DNA of 40,489 nt, taken from NCBI GenBank assembly GCA_036149055.1, contig JAYZQJ010000229.1, positions 1 to 40,489 of the forward strand. The letters run 5' to 3'. This document shows, piece by piece, positions 7,645 through 19,934 of this stretch; the first letter of the stretch is position 1; every line of letters starts with the position of its first letter. Source of the stretch: Myxococcota bacterium. GTDB lineage: Bacteria; Myxococcota_A; Polyangia; Polyangiales; Sandaracinaceae. The notes under the pieces were generated by a model. That model was not told where the DNA came from. It ran no database searches and saw only the letters and a list, made by a program, of their open reading frames with translations. The translations under genes were made by a program, and so were the position numbers.

Positions 7645-10212
7645 TCAGAACGCCCAGCCTGGCTCGGAGCCGCAGGGGTAGACGCGGGGGCGGGTGAAGA
7701 CGCCGTGGCCGCCGCCGGGGCTCTCGAAGGGCCAGGCGGAGAAGATGAGGGTGGCGTCGCCGCCGTCGGCGAAGGGCGTCAGCGCGAGCTCGGACTGCAT
7801 GACCGGCGCCTCGCCCGGCTCGAGCACGAGGCGGCTCAGCCACCAGACCTCACCCTCGTGGCGGACCGCGACGAGCACGCCGACGGGGCCCTCGTGGTCG
7901 CGCGCCGAGAGCTCGACCGCGAGGCACGGGGCGGGCTCGCGGGTCACGCGGAGGGGGAGCTCGACCCGCGCCGGCTCGGCCGAGGCGGCGAAGACGGGGA
8001 CGCGCAGCTCGTCGCCTTCGACGTCGATCGCGGCGCCCTCGGGCACGGTGGCGGCGCGGCCGTCGTGGAGCGCGTGCACCAGGCTCTGCAAGGCGACGCA
8101 GGGGCCGACGCGGGGGCGGCGGAGGGAGACCACCTCGCCTCCGTCGGACTCGACGACGAAGGCGAGCGTGGCGGGCTCGCCCGCGAGGCGCTCGAGCGGG
8201 ATCTCGAGCGGCTGCCGCCAGCGCGGCACGAGGTCGCGCTCGGTCAGGGTGCGGCGGCGGCCCGACGCGTCGGCGAGGATCCGGAAGCGCGCCTCGCGCC
8301 CCTCCACGAGCCCGACCTCCGCGTAGAGGCAGGCCCCGGGGCAGGCGGTGATGGGGGCGGAGACCCAGGTCGGGCCGCGGCGGGCGGAGAGCGTGAAGCC
8401 CTCGGCCTCGGGCGCCGCCCCGGCGCTCCCGGTGAACCCGGCCCGCCACGCCTCGAAGGGCCGCGCGCCCTCGCAGGCGACGTCGTCCGCGGGCCCGTCG
8501 GGCGGCGTGAGCGCGAAGGCCTCGAGCGGGCGCGCGCCACCGTCCCCCGCGGTCCGTGGGTGCCGGAGGACGAGGTGGGTGGCCTCGGCGCCCGGCGACG
8601 GCGTGCCCTCGAGCCAGCGGCGCGCGGCGGCCCGCGCCGAGGGGGCGACGAGCGCGAATCCGTCGGCCCTCGCCTCGAGCGGCCTCGGCGCGTCGAGCGG
8701 GCCGCCCGGGCCCTCGAGCCACACCTCCACCGTCGCGCCCGGGGCGGTGAGGCGGAGCGCGATCAAGGCGTCGCGTCGGACGGGCGCGCCGAGGGGGAAG
8801 ACCGTCTCCCTGCCTCCGCGTTCAGCGGACGGGCCGAGCCGGATCGGCCGCCGCTCGATGGTCGCCGGCGCCGCGCGGCGCGCCCAGCCCGAGGTGGCGT
8901 GCGCGAGCCGGCCGACGCGGGCGTAGCGCTCGACGAGGGTGAGGAGCTCGGCCGGGGGCCACGCTGCCGCCGTCGCGTCGAGGCGGAGCGGATCGGCCCG
9001 CGCCACCGCCCAGGGGCACGGCTCGCTCGAGGTCGCCGCCGACAGCCACAGCGGCCGGGCCCGGCCCTCGCTCGCGAGCCGCTCCGGGCGCAGCGCCCCG
9101 ACGGTGGACACGCAGCCGTCGCGCTCCCTCATCCAGCCGGTGACGCCGTCGGGGACGCGGACCGGCGCGGGGTCGAGCGCCGCCGCCTTCGCCCGGGGCG
9201 CGGCGCGGAGCGCGGGCGCGAAGGCGACCCCGAGCGCGAACACCCAGGCCACCACCCACGCCATCGGCCGCGCGATCGTCGTGGGTCGCGCTTCATCGGC
9301 CGCGGTCCAGGCGGCCGCGAGCGCGAGGCCCACCGCGAGGGGCCAGGCCGCCGCCCATGGAGTGAGCCCGGGCGCGAGCAGCGCGCCGATCGCGGCCGGT
9401 GCGAGCAGCGCGACCACGAGCCGAGCGCCGCGGTCTCCCCGCGCCCGGCGAGCGGCGAGCCAGACGAGCGCGGCGGCCGGGATCGCCCAGGCGGCGGGCA
9501 CGAGCGCGGCGAGGGAGAGCCCCGAGGTCGCCGACCGGACGGCGACCGGCGCGCAGCCCGAGGCCGCCAGGACCATCAGCGCCGCGCCGACCACGCAGGT
9601 CGCGGGCGCGAGCCGGGGCGCGGCCTCGGCCCGCGCCGCGCGCGTCCAGCCATGCAGGAGCGCGGCGCCCAGGAGGGCCAGCCCCGCGATCCCGGCCCAG
9701 GGCGCCCAGGCCGCGGCGAGCGCCAGCGCGACGCCCGCGCCCCAGCCTCCGGCCCGGCTCGGCCGCGCGCCGCCGGACACGCGCGCCGCCGCCGCCCAGA
9801 GGAGGAGCCCCGCGATCCCCTCGAGCTCGGCGGCGAAGGCGGCCACCGTGGTGAGCAGGAGGGCGAGCGCGCGGGCCGCAGGTCGCGCGGGCGCCCAGCC
9901 TCCCCAGGCGACGCAAGCCGCGACGAGCGCGCCCCAGAGCACGCCGAGCGCGAGCGTCGGCTCGGCGGCGCGGAGGCAGAGCGCGGCCAGGGCCTGCGGG
10001 AGCGGGCCGACCGCCGCCGGGATGGTGAGCCCGGCCGTCCCGTCCGACGCCCACGCGGCCGCGTCGAGCGCGGCGGCCCAGCTCCCCGGCACCGGCTCGC
10101 CCCGGAGGAGATCGCGGGCGATCAGCCGGCCGCGGAGGGCCCCGGCGCCGACGCAGGCCGCGAGCAGCGCCAGCGGGGCCAGCAGATCGGTCCAGCGCAG
10201 ACGGGGGGACAT
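7645..10212 (-). CDS. Large hypothetical membrane protein (multi-TM N-terminus, Cys-containing extracytoplasmic C-terminus)
   Basis: Likely start ATG 10212 ([20 protein letters not shown]), since the ORF-track extension overlaps thiS; many Ala/Leu/Trp hydrophobic segments in the first ~340 aa; no family recognised. Confidence 0.7.
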   Translation of the reverse strand: MSPRLRWTDLLAPLALLAACVGAGALRGRLIARDLLRGEPVPGSWAAALDAAAWASDGTAGLTIPAAVGPLPQALAALCLRAAEPTLALGVLWGALVAACVAWGGWAPARPAARALALLLTTVAAFAAELEGIAGLLLWAAAARVSGGARPSRAGGWGAGVALALAAAWAPWAGIAGLALLGAALLHGWTRAARAEAAPRLAPATCVVGAALMVLAASGCAPVAVRSATSGLSLAALVPAAWAIPAAALVWLAARRARGDRGARLVVALLAPAAIGALLAPGLTPWAAAWPLAVGLALAAAWTAADEARPTTIARPMAWVVAWVFALGVAFAPALRAAPRAKAAALDPAPVRVPDGVTGWMRERDGCVSTVGALRPERLASEGRARPLWLSAATSSEPCPWAVARADPLRLDATAAAWPPAELLTLVERYARVGRLAHATSGWARRAAPATIERRPIRLGPSAERGGRETVFPLGAPVRRDALIALRLTAPGATVEVWLEGPGGPLDAPRPLEARADGFALVAPSARAAARRWLEGTPSPGAEATHLVLRHPRTAGDGGARPLEAFALTPPDGPADDVACEGARPFEAWRAGFTGSAGAAPEAEGFTLSARRGPTWVSAPITACPGACLYAEVGLVEGREARFRILADASGRRRTLTERDLVPRWRQPLEIPLERLAGEPATLAFVVESDGGEVVSLRRPRVGPCVALQSLVHALHDGRAATVPEGAAIDVEGDELRVPVFAASAEPARVELPLRVTREPAPCLAVELSARDHEGPVGVLVAVRHEGEVWWLSRLVLEPGEAPVMQSELALTPFADGGDATLIFSAWPFESPGGGHGVFTRPRVYPCGSEPGWAF

Positions 10213-10297
10213 GGGACCTCGGGAGCCGCGCCACCGTACACCAAGCGCACTTCGCCCCGGTGGTTTCGAGCCGATCGGCGCGATAGGGTTCCGGCCG

Positions 10298-10498
10298 ATG
10301 CAGATCGAGGTCAACGGAGAGGCGCGCGACGTGGGCGACGGAGTCACCGTGCGCGCCCTGCTGGAGCAGCTCGGGCTGGGCGACACCCTGGTCGCGGTCG
10401 AGCGGAACCAGGAGATCGTGCCGCGCCGCGAGCACGCCACCGCGCAGCTCGCGGACGGGGACCGGATCGAGATCGTGCACTTCGTCGGAGGCGGTTGA
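10298..10498 (+). CDS. thiS: Sulfur carrier protein ThiS
   Basis: 66 aa MQIEVNGE...[12 protein letters not shown]...[13 protein letters not shown] with C-terminal GG; directly upstream of thiG. Confidence 0.96.
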   Translation: MQIEVNGEARDVGDGVTVRALLEQLGLGDTLVAVERNQEIVPRREHATAQLADGDRIEIVHFVGGG

Positions 10499-10499
10499 G

Positions 10500-11288
10500 A
10501 TGAGCGAAGACGTCCTGAAGATCGGCGCGCACACCTTCCGCTCCCGGCTCTTCGTCGGGACGGGCAAGTACCGGGACATGGACGAGACGCGGGCCGCGCT
10601 CGCGGCCTCGGGCTCCGAGGTCGTGACGGTGGCCGTGCGCCGGGTGGACCTCGGCGCGCAGGGCGGCGAGAGCCTGATCGGGCACCTGCTCGAGAAGGAG
10701 TACGTGATCCTGCCCAACACCGCCGGCTGCTACACGGCGGACGACGCGGTCCGGACGGCGAAGCTGGCGCGCGAGATGCTCGAGACCGATCTCGTGAAGC
10801 TCGAGGTCCTCGGAGACGAGCGCACTCTATTCCCCGACGTGCCGGCCACCCTGCAGGCGGCCGAGGCGCTCGTGAAGGCGGGCTTCACCGTGCTGCCCTA
10901 CACCAGCGACGACCCGATCACCGCCAAGCGGCTCGAGGAGCTCGGCTGCGCGGCCGTCATGCCGCTGGCCGCGCCCATCGGCAGCGGGCTGGGCATCCGC
11001 AACCCCTACAACATCGAGATCATCCTCCAGCACGCCGGCGTCCCCGTCATCGTCGACGCGGGCGTCGGCACCGCGAGCGACGCGGCGGTGGCGATGGAGC
11101 TCGGCGTGGACGGGGTGCTGATGAACACCGCCATCGCCGGCGCGAAGGACCCCGTGCGCATGGCGGGCGCGATGCGCAAGGCGGTCGAGGCGGGCCGCGA
11201 CGCCTACCTCGCCGGCCGGATCCCGAAGCGCCTCTACGCCACCGCGTCCTCTCCGCTCGAGGGCGTGATCGGCTCGACGCAGGGGTGA
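10500..11288 (+). CDS. thiG: Thiazole synthase
   Basis: [64 protein letters not shown]. Confidence 0.98.
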   Translation: MSEDVLKIGAHTFRSRLFVGTGKYRDMDETRAALAASGSEVVTVAVRRVDLGAQGGESLIGHLLEKEYVILPNTAGCYTADDAVRTAKLAREMLETDLVKLEVLGDERTLFPDVPATLQAAEALVKAGFTVLPYTSDDPITAKRLEELGCAAVMPLAAPIGSGLGIRNPYNIEIILQHAGVPVIVDAGVGTASDAAVAMELGVDGVLMNTAIAGAKDPVRMAGAMRKAVEAGRDAYLAGRIPKRLYATASSPLEGVIGSTQG

Positions 11289-11881
11289 GCGTCCCCTTCG
11301 TCCTGACCCTGATCACGCCGCGGGCGCCGGACCTCGCCCGCCTCCGCGACGCGCTCACCGCCCTCCCCCCGGGGGCGGCCGCCGTGCAGCTCCGTCAGCC
11401 CGACGGCGCGACCCGGCGCGCGCTCGCCCAGCCGATCGCCACCCTCTGCCGCGATCACGGCGCGGCGCTGCTCGTGAACGACGATCTCCCCCTCGCCGCC
11501 GCGATCGGCGCCGACGGAGCGCAGCTCCCGGAGCGCGGCCCGTCGGTGGCGGCGGCGCGCGAGGCGCTCGGCGAGGCCGCGTGGATCGGGGTCTCGAGGC
11601 ACGCCGCGCCCGGCCTGCGCGCGGCGCGGGACGCCACCTTCGCCCTGCTCTCCCCCGTGTTCACCGTGCCGGGCAAAGGCGCGCCCCTCGGCGTCGACGG
11701 CTTCGCGCGCGCCGCGCGCGGCGCCCCCCTCCCGGTGCACGCGCTCGGCGGCGTCACCGCGGCCTCGGCCCCCGCGCTCCGCGACGTCGGCGCGAGCGGC
11801 GTGGCCGTGATCCGCGCCGTGTTCGACGCGAAGGACGCCGCCGCCGCGGCCGCCGCCCTGGCCGCCCCGTTCCTCGCTTGA
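11285..11881 (+). CDS. thiE: Thiamine phosphate synthase / TenI family protein
   Basis: VQLR, LLVNDD...GADG, GVSRH, SPVF..PGK, ALGGV motifs; GTGA overlap with thiG; ThiE versus TenI not resolved. Confidence 0.8.
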   Translation: MSVPFVLTLITPRAPDLARLRDALTALPPGAAAVQLRQPDGATRRALAQPIATLCRDHGAALLVNDDLPLAAAIGADGAQLPERGPSVAAAREALGEAAWIGVSRHAAPGLRAARDATFALLSPVFTVPGKGAPLGVDGFARAARGAPLPVHALGGVTAASAPALRDVGASGVAVIRAVFDAKDAAAAAAALAAPFLA

Positions 11882-11968
11882 AGTGAACGCGCGCGAGCCT
11901 CCTCGCCCGTCGCCGATCGTCCCGAGAACCTTGCTCCCTTCCACTCCCGGACGGCATGCTCGACCCTC

Positions 11969-12601
11969 GTGCGCGACTTCACGAAGGGCCTCCTCAAGTT
12001 CCTCGGCGCGGTGCTGGTCATCGCCGGCGTCGCCGCCGCCGTGCTGTACTTCTTCTTCGTGCGCGTGGTGGAGGTCGGCCACAACGCGATGGCCCCGACG
12101 ATCATGATCGGCGATCGGGTGCTCGTCTGGCGCGGCCACGACTTCGACCTCGGAGACGTCGTGCTCTGCCCGCACCCCGCGCAGCCCGGCCGGTTCGTGA
12201 TGGGCCGCGTGGTGGCGCGGACCGGTCAGACGGTCGAGATCACGCGCGGTCAGCTCGTGATCAACGGGCAGGCGCCCGATCGCGATCTCCGGGCGGCGTT
12301 CGAGTTCTACGACGCCGAGCGCGGCGAGTCGTACGAGGTCGATTGGGGGGTCGAGTCGATCCTCGACCACGACTACACGTTCATGAGCCGCACGCGTCGG
12401 CGGCCGATGGAGATGCGGCCCGCCACCGTGCGCGGCGCGGCGGTCTTCCTGCTGAGCGACAACCGCTCCTATGGCGGCGAGGACAGCCGGACCTTCGGGC
12501 AGGTGAACGTGGCGACCTGCGAGGGCGAGGTGTTCATGCGCCTGACCGCCGCGGAGGCGCCGGCGGAGATCCCGCACGGCCACCTCGACTTCATCGAGTA
12601 G
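11969..12601 (+). CDS. Signal peptidase I (S26) homolog, catalytic Ser and Lys substituted
   Basis: N-terminal TM; box B VGHNAMAPTI..GDRVLV; GDVV; box D FVMGRVVARTGQ; box E LSDNRSYGGEDSRTFG. Confidence 0.88.
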   Translation: MRDFTKGLLKFLGAVLVIAGVAAAVLYFFFVRVVEVGHNAMAPTIMIGDRVLVWRGHDFDLGDVVLCPHPAQPGRFVMGRVVARTGQTVEITRGQLVINGQAPDRDLRAAFEFYDAERGESYEVDWGVESILDHDYTFMSRTRRRPMEMRPATVRGAAVFLLSDNRSYGGEDSRTFGQVNVATCEGEVFMRLTAAEAPAEIPHGHLDFIE

Positions 12602-12642
12602 TGCAGGTGGACAGCGGACGCCTTTGCGGGGACAGTCCGCGC

Positions 12643-13206
12643 ATGCGTTCGCCGTTCGCTCTCGCCCTCGCGCTGCTCACGTCGCTGCCGCTGGCCGCGG
12701 CCGCCCAGGAGGCGGAGACGCCGTCCGAGGATCAGCCCGCGCGCGCCACCGAGACGGTCGCCGAGGGGCAGCCCCGCTACCTCGCGGCGATGCGCTCCGA
12801 GCTCGAGGCGATGCGCGCCGCCGGCGCCCGGTGCGAGGCGCTCGACGCCCAGCGCGGACAGTGCCGGTTCACCACCCGCGGCGCCACGACCGGCCGCGAG
12901 TTCGAGGTGGAGCTCGTCTACAGCGACCGCACCGACACGATCTACTTCTACGTCGAGGACTACCTCACCGCGCCCGCCGACGCGGGCTCGACCCCCGCGG
13001 TGCTGCGTCGCCTGATGGAGCTCAACTGGAGCCTGCTGATCGGCAAGTTCGAGTGGGACTCCACCGACGGCGAGGTCCGCCTCGCCATCATCCTCAACAC
13101 CGACTCGAACTTCGATCGCCGCGCGTTTCGCAGCTCGGTCCGCGCCATCGGCCAGCTCGCCGACCGCTACCACAACGAGCTGTCCCGCATCGCCCGCGGC
13201 GAGTAG
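12643..13206 (+). CDS. Exported YbjN-like domain protein
   Basis: ATG 12643, signal peptide MRSPFALALALLTSLPLAAAA; VLRRLMELNWSLLIGKFEWDSTDGEVRL resembles the YbjN / T3SS-chaperone-like fold. Confidence 0.75.
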   Translation: MRSPFALALALLTSLPLAAAAQEAETPSEDQPARATETVAEGQPRYLAAMRSELEAMRAAGARCEALDAQRGQCRFTTRGATTGREFEVELVYSDRTDTIYFYVEDYLTAPADAGSTPAVLRRLMELNWSLLIGKFEWDSTDGEVRLAIILNTDSNFDRRAFRSSVRAIGQLADRYHNELSRIARGE

Positions 13207-13248
13207 TCCCGGCACGACCTGGCACGGAGCGTGTAGTCTGGGCGGCCC

Positions 13249-14202
13249 ATGCCAGTCCCAGCATGTTTTCGCCGGTCATCTCGCCCCCGCTGGCACGACC
13301 TGACCCAGCGTCCCCTGTCGACCTGGCACATCGTCGCGCTCCTCCTGCTGACCGCGAGCCCCGCCCTCGCCCAGCCCGCCCCCACCCCGCCGGAGCCGGA
13401 GCCCAGCCCGAGCATCGACTCGGACGCGGACTCGGACGCACAGCCCCAGGAGGCGGCCTCCTCCCTCTCGCCCCCGGTCGAAACCGCCCGCGCCCAGCCT
13501 GCGAGTGAGCCCGCCCCGCGCCCCGCGCCGGCCCCCGCGCCCCGCACCCGCTTCTGGCGCATGCCGCGGGAGCTCGTCCGCCGCCCGCTGACCTTGCCGC
13601 AGGCGGTGATCCGCTTCGACAAGGGCCTCGCGTTCAGCGTGTCGGGTCCGCGCGCCTACGGCACCGGGACCTTCGGCTTCGGGGTCGGCCTGCACGACGA
13701 CTTCGAGCTCGGCGCGACCCCGGTCGTCGGAAACCTCGGCGTCCCCTCGTTCGACCAGCCGAGCGTCTACGCGCGCGCCCGCGCGCTCTCGGGCGACGTG
13801 CAGCTCGCCGTCCGCTCCCGGGTGTGGGTCCCGCTCTGGGGCCAGCAGCCCACCATGTGGGAGGTGGCGGTGGAGCTCGCCGCGACCTCGGGCTTCTTCA
13901 GATTCGACGCGGCGCTCGAGTACGCCCTGCTCTTCTCCGACCCGCTCCACCAGCGGATCGGCGCGCCCCTGACCGCCACGCTCCAGGCGGGCCCGAACGG
14001 CTTCTCGATCACGTCGGGCCTCTACGTGTACAACGACTTCGACGACGTCGACGTGCCGCTGCTGTTCGCGTGGACCTACGCGTTCCGTGGCTTCCAGGGC
14101 CCGCTGGCGGACGCCCGCATCGAAGGCGGGATCGCCGACCTCTCGCGGGCCGAGCAGCACTGGCTCATCCGCTGGTCGCTCCGCTTCTACGCCTACCCCT
14201 GA
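13249..14202 (+). CDS. Hypothetical exported protein, possible outer-membrane beta-barrel
   Basis: Signal-like segment (WHIVALLLLTASPALA), Pro-rich linker, alternating aromatic/hydrophobic strands, C-terminal WSLRFYAYP; start codon uncertain. Confidence 0.65.
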   Translation: MPVPACFRRSSRPRWHDLTQRPLSTWHIVALLLLTASPALAQPAPTPPEPEPSPSIDSDADSDAQPQEAASSLSPPVETARAQPASEPAPRPAPAPAPRTRFWRMPRELVRRPLTLPQAVIRFDKGLAFSVSGPRAYGTGTFGFGVGLHDDFELGATPVVGNLGVPSFDQPSVYARARALSGDVQLAVRSRVWVPLWGQQPTMWEVAVELAATSGFFRFDAALEYALLFSDPLHQRIGAPLTATLQAGPNGFSITSGLYVYNDFDDVDVPLLFAWTYAFRGFQGPLADARIEGGIADLSRAEQHWLIRWSLRFYAYP

Positions 14203-15087
14203 TCAGTCCGCGACGAGGCGGACCGGGACGGCCAGATCGACGTACTGCGCCTGCCAGCCGCCGGGCCCCGCGCCGAGCGTGACGCCGGAGCCGAGGGCGC
14301 GCGCGATGCACTCCGCCTCGGGCGCGTCCCCGAGCGAGCTGAGAGCCACGTCGGCGCGACGGACCTCGCCGCTCCGCGCCTCGATGTTCAATCGCACGAC
14401 GACCTGCCCCTCGGGGGCGGCCCCGCGGGCCACGCCCTCGGCGTGACAGCGACCGATCGCGGGGCGGGCCGCGCTCAGGGCTCGCTGCCAGCTCTCGGGG
14501 GCGGACGCGCCGTTCTCGAAGCGCGCCTCGCCGATCGCGCCGCGCGGCCCCTCGCCGGGCACCGCGAGCGCCTCCCGGTCGTCGAGCCACGCGCGCAGGC
14601 GATCCGTCTCGCTGCGCGCGAGCCGCTCCTCTCGCGAGGTGAGCAGCTCCGCGAAGGCGAGGTCGGCGCGCACGATGGTCACCCCGTGGGCGCCGCGCAC
14701 CAGGCACGGCTGCCGGCCCGGATCGTCGAAGCCGAGGAAGAACCCCAGCCGCAGCCTCGCGCCGGCCCGCGCCGCCTCCCGGAGCGCGCTCGCGGTCTCC
14801 TCGTCGGCCTCGAAGCCCACCGGCTCGAGGCCCCCGATCAGGAGCGAGACCCGGCCGTCGAGCGCGGGCAGGTTGCGTCGCGTGCTGACGTGCAGGCGCT
14901 CGGCGCGGTGCCGGCCGAGCTCCCAGCCGGGGTCGACCTCGATGACGTAGAGCCGGGCGTGACGTCGATCGCGCGCGGTCTCACACGCCTCGTGGACCGC
15001 GTCGAGCCGCTCGAGCGACACGGCGTCCGCGGAGGCCGCGCTCGGGACGCAGAGGAGGAGGCACGCGAGGGTGAGGGCCCGACGCAT
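14203..15087 (-). CDS. Exported protein with C-terminal AgmX/PglI (TonB_C-like) domain
   Basis: Signal peptide; C-terminal AIGRCHAEG...EGQVVVRLNIE..SGEV...SSLGDAPEAECIARAL two-Cys pattern typical of myxobacterial AgmX/PglI C-terminal domains. Confidence 0.72.
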   Translation of the reverse strand: MRRALTLACLLLCVPSAASADAVSLERLDAVHEACETARDRRHARLYVIEVDPGWELGRHRAERLHVSTRRNLPALDGRVSLLIGGLEPVGFEADEETASALREAARAGARLRLGFFLGFDDPGRQPCLVRGAHGVTIVRADLAFAELLTSREERLARSETDRLRAWLDDREALAVPGEGPRGAIGEARFENGASAPESWQRALSAARPAIGRCHAEGVARGAAPEGQVVVRLNIEARSGEVRRADVALSSLGDAPEAECIARALGSGVTLGAGPGGWQAQYVDLAVPVRLVAD

Positions 15088-15150
15088 GCCCGGAAGCTGA
15101 CGCCGGCGACCAGGAGCGTCAACAAACTGGAGCGGACGGGGCGGTGGGGC

Positions 15151-16202
15151 TCACCGCGCCAGCGCGCGCCACGCCGCGCCCACGCTCGCCTGCACGACCT
15201 GGGTGGCGAACGCGGGATCGAGGCCCTCGATGACGTCCGGGCCGGCGGCGCAGTGGTAGCGGTCGTAGCGGAACTCGGAGGTGTCCGTGATCATCACGCC
15301 CGGCGCGCCGATGTCCCAGAAGGGCGAGTGATCGGAGCGGCGCAGATCTCGGGTGGCCGGAGAGCTGAGCAGGCTGTCCGAGAGGAGCAGCGGGATCACC
15401 GGGAGGCCCACGCGCCCGCCCAGCTCCACCAGGTCGTCGGCCAGCGAGGCGCTCTGGCCGCGGTCGCCGACCACCGCCAGGAAGTCCCCGCGGCGCTCGT
15501 TCGCCTCGATCTGCCGGACCTGCGACGGGAAGACGACCTCGAAGCCCGAGGGGATGGTCTGGCTGTCGGGCGCGTCGTCCCGGTAGCCGATCATCTCGTA
15601 GACGATGTTCGCCCGCAGGTCCTCGCCGGTCATCTCGGCGCGGGCGGCGTAGGCGCGGGAGCCGATCAGGCCGCGCTCCTCCTCGTCCCAGCACGCGACC
15701 ACGAGGGTGCGCTCGTGCTCGGCCGTCACCAGGACGCGCGCCGCCTCGAAGAGGCCCGCGACGCCGGTGGCGTTGTCGTCGGCGCCGGGGCAGTCGGCGA
15801 CCGAGTCGTAGTGCGCCGACAGCAGGACCCGCTCGTCGGGCGCGGCGGTCCCCGCGCGGGTGCCGATCACGTTGACGCCCGTGCCGTAGTCGTGGAGCTC
15901 GACCTCGAAGCCCAGCTCGCCGAAGCGGGTCGCGCAGAGCTCCCGCACCGCGGCGTGGTGCGCGGTCCCGGGCGGGCGCGGCTCGGCCAGGACGGCGAGG
16001 TCGGCCTCGTAGCGGCTCTGCTCGACGCAGGCCATCGCCGCCTCGGCGCCGTCGTTCCCACAGGGCGGCAGCGGCGGCGGCCCGGAGTCGGGCGGCGCCA
16101 CGCCGGTGTCCCGAGGGCCGGCGTCGGCGCCGGCGTCCTCCGCCGGCTCCTCACCGTCACACGCGCAGGCGGCGAGCGCGAGCAGCCCGACGAGCAGCCA
16201 CC

Positions 16203-16206
<4 letters not shown>
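15151..16206 (-). CDS. M28 family metallopeptidase, lipoprotein
   Basis: Lipobox-like [37 protein letters not shown] zinc-ligand motifs; GTGA overlap with the purL stop. Confidence 0.92.
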
Positions 16207-18499
<2,293 letters not shown>

Positions 18500-18500
<1 letters not shown>

Positions 18501-19198
18501 CAGGCGGCCTCCAGGTGCGCGCGCAGGCACTCGAAGAGCGCGAGCCCGTCGTCGTTGCCCAGGATGGCCTCGGCGGCGCGCTCGGGGTGAGGCATCAAGC
18601 CGAGCACGTTTCCTTGCTCGTTGTAGATGCCGGCGACGTGATCGACCGAGCCGTTCGGGTTCGACGCGTCGTCGAGCTCCCCGGTCGGCGAGCAGTAGCG
18701 GAGCGCGACGCGCCCCTCTCCGTTCAGGCGGGCGAGCGTCTCCGCGTCGCACTGGTAGCGCCCCTCGGCGTGCGCGATCGGCAGGCGCAGCACGTGACCG
18801 GGCGCGAGGCCGCGGGTGAAGACGCCCTCCGACTCGACCCGCACCCACGCGTCGCGACACTCGAAGCGGAGGTGCGCGTTGCGGGTGAGCGCGCCCGGCA
18901 GCAGGCCCATCTCGGTGAGGATCTGGAAGCCGTTGCAGATCCCGAGCACCGGCGCGCCGCTCTCGGCGAGCTGCACGATGGCGGGCGTGATCGGCGAGAA
19001 GCGCGGGATCGCGCCGGCCCTCAGGTAGTCGCCGTAGGCGAAGCCGCCGGGGATCACCACGGCGTCGGGGCTCGGCAGCTCCGTCTCCTTGTGGAAGACG
19101 TACTCGGCGTCCAGCCCGAGGACGTCGCGCACGGCGTGCAGCGCGTCCCAATCGGCGTTGGACCCGGGATAGACGACGACGGCGACTTTCACTGGCAC
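18500..19198 (-). CDS. purQ: FGAM synthase glutaminase subunit PurQ
   Basis: [48 protein letters not shown] overlap with purL. Confidence 0.98.
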
Positions 19199-19261
19199 CT
19201 CCGGCGCGCGGACCCTACCGCTCGCTGCCGAGCGGCGCCAGGCTCGGTCGAGGGTGCCCGG

Positions 19262-19933
19262 TCACGTCCCCAGCAGGACCGGTCCGCCCTTCTCGACGGC
19301 GCGCTGGTAGGCCGGGCGCGCGCGGAGGCGCTCCAGGTAGCGGCGCACGTTGGGCGCCTCGCCGCGCCCGCGGGCCAGGGCCGCCTCGATCGGGTAGCTC
19401 ATCTGGACGTCGGCGACGCCGAACGCCTCGCCGCAGATGAGCTCGCGATCGCGCAGCTCGCCGTCCAGGAACGCGAGGTGGTTGGCGATCTCGGGGCCGG
19501 AGTAGCCCGCCTCGATCTTGGACGCGATGCTCTTGGTCACCGGCTTCAGCGGGAACGGCACCGGCGCGCTGCGGACCCGGCCCGCCACCAGCTGCACGAT
19601 CAGCGGGGTCATCATCGAGCCCTCCGCGAAGTGCATGAAGTAGCGGTGCCGCGCGAACGCCTCGGTCCCCCGCTCGGGGATGAGCGCGCCGTCGCCGAGC
19701 GACTCGGCCAGCGTCTCGAGGATGGCGCCCGACTCGGCGAGCACCCGGCCGTCGAGCTCGACGATCGGGGCGCGGCCGAGCGGGTGGATCCGGCGCAGCG
19801 CGTCCGGCGCCCGGCTCGTCTTCGGGTGCCGGCGGTAGGTGACGAGCTCGTAGGGCGCCTCGAGCTCCTCGAGCAGCCACAGGACGCGGTGGCTGCGCGA
19901 GCGCTCGAGGTGATGGACGACGATCGAGGGCAC
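19262..19933 (-). CDS. Glutathione S-transferase (GTT1-like)
   Basis: HHLERSRSHRVLWLLEEL, HPLGRAP, LAESGAI, FAEGS, ADVQMSYP, RPAYQRA. Confidence 0.93.
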   Translation of the reverse strand: MPSIVVHHLERSRSHRVLWLLEELEAPYELVTYRRHPKTSRAPDALRRIHPLGRAPIVELDGRVLAESGAILETLAESLGDGALIPERGTEAFARHRYFMHFAEGSMMTPLIVQLVAGRVRSAPVPFPLKPVTKSIASKIEAGYSGPEIANHLAFLDGELRDRELICGEAFGVADVQMSYPIEAALARGRGEAPNVRRYLERLRARPAYQRAVEKGGPVLLGT

Positions 19934-19934
19934 G

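Noticed and set aside
10213..10297. TPP riboswitch upstream of thiS-thiG-thiE
   Set aside because: The gap is only 85 bp, shared with a divergent gene, and lacks the conserved CTGAGA and downstream TPP aptamer motifs.
13210..13240. Sigma-54 promoter (TGGCACG at ~13220)
   Set aside because: The -12 element reads GTGT rather than TTGC, and the site is very close to the putative start; support is insufficient.
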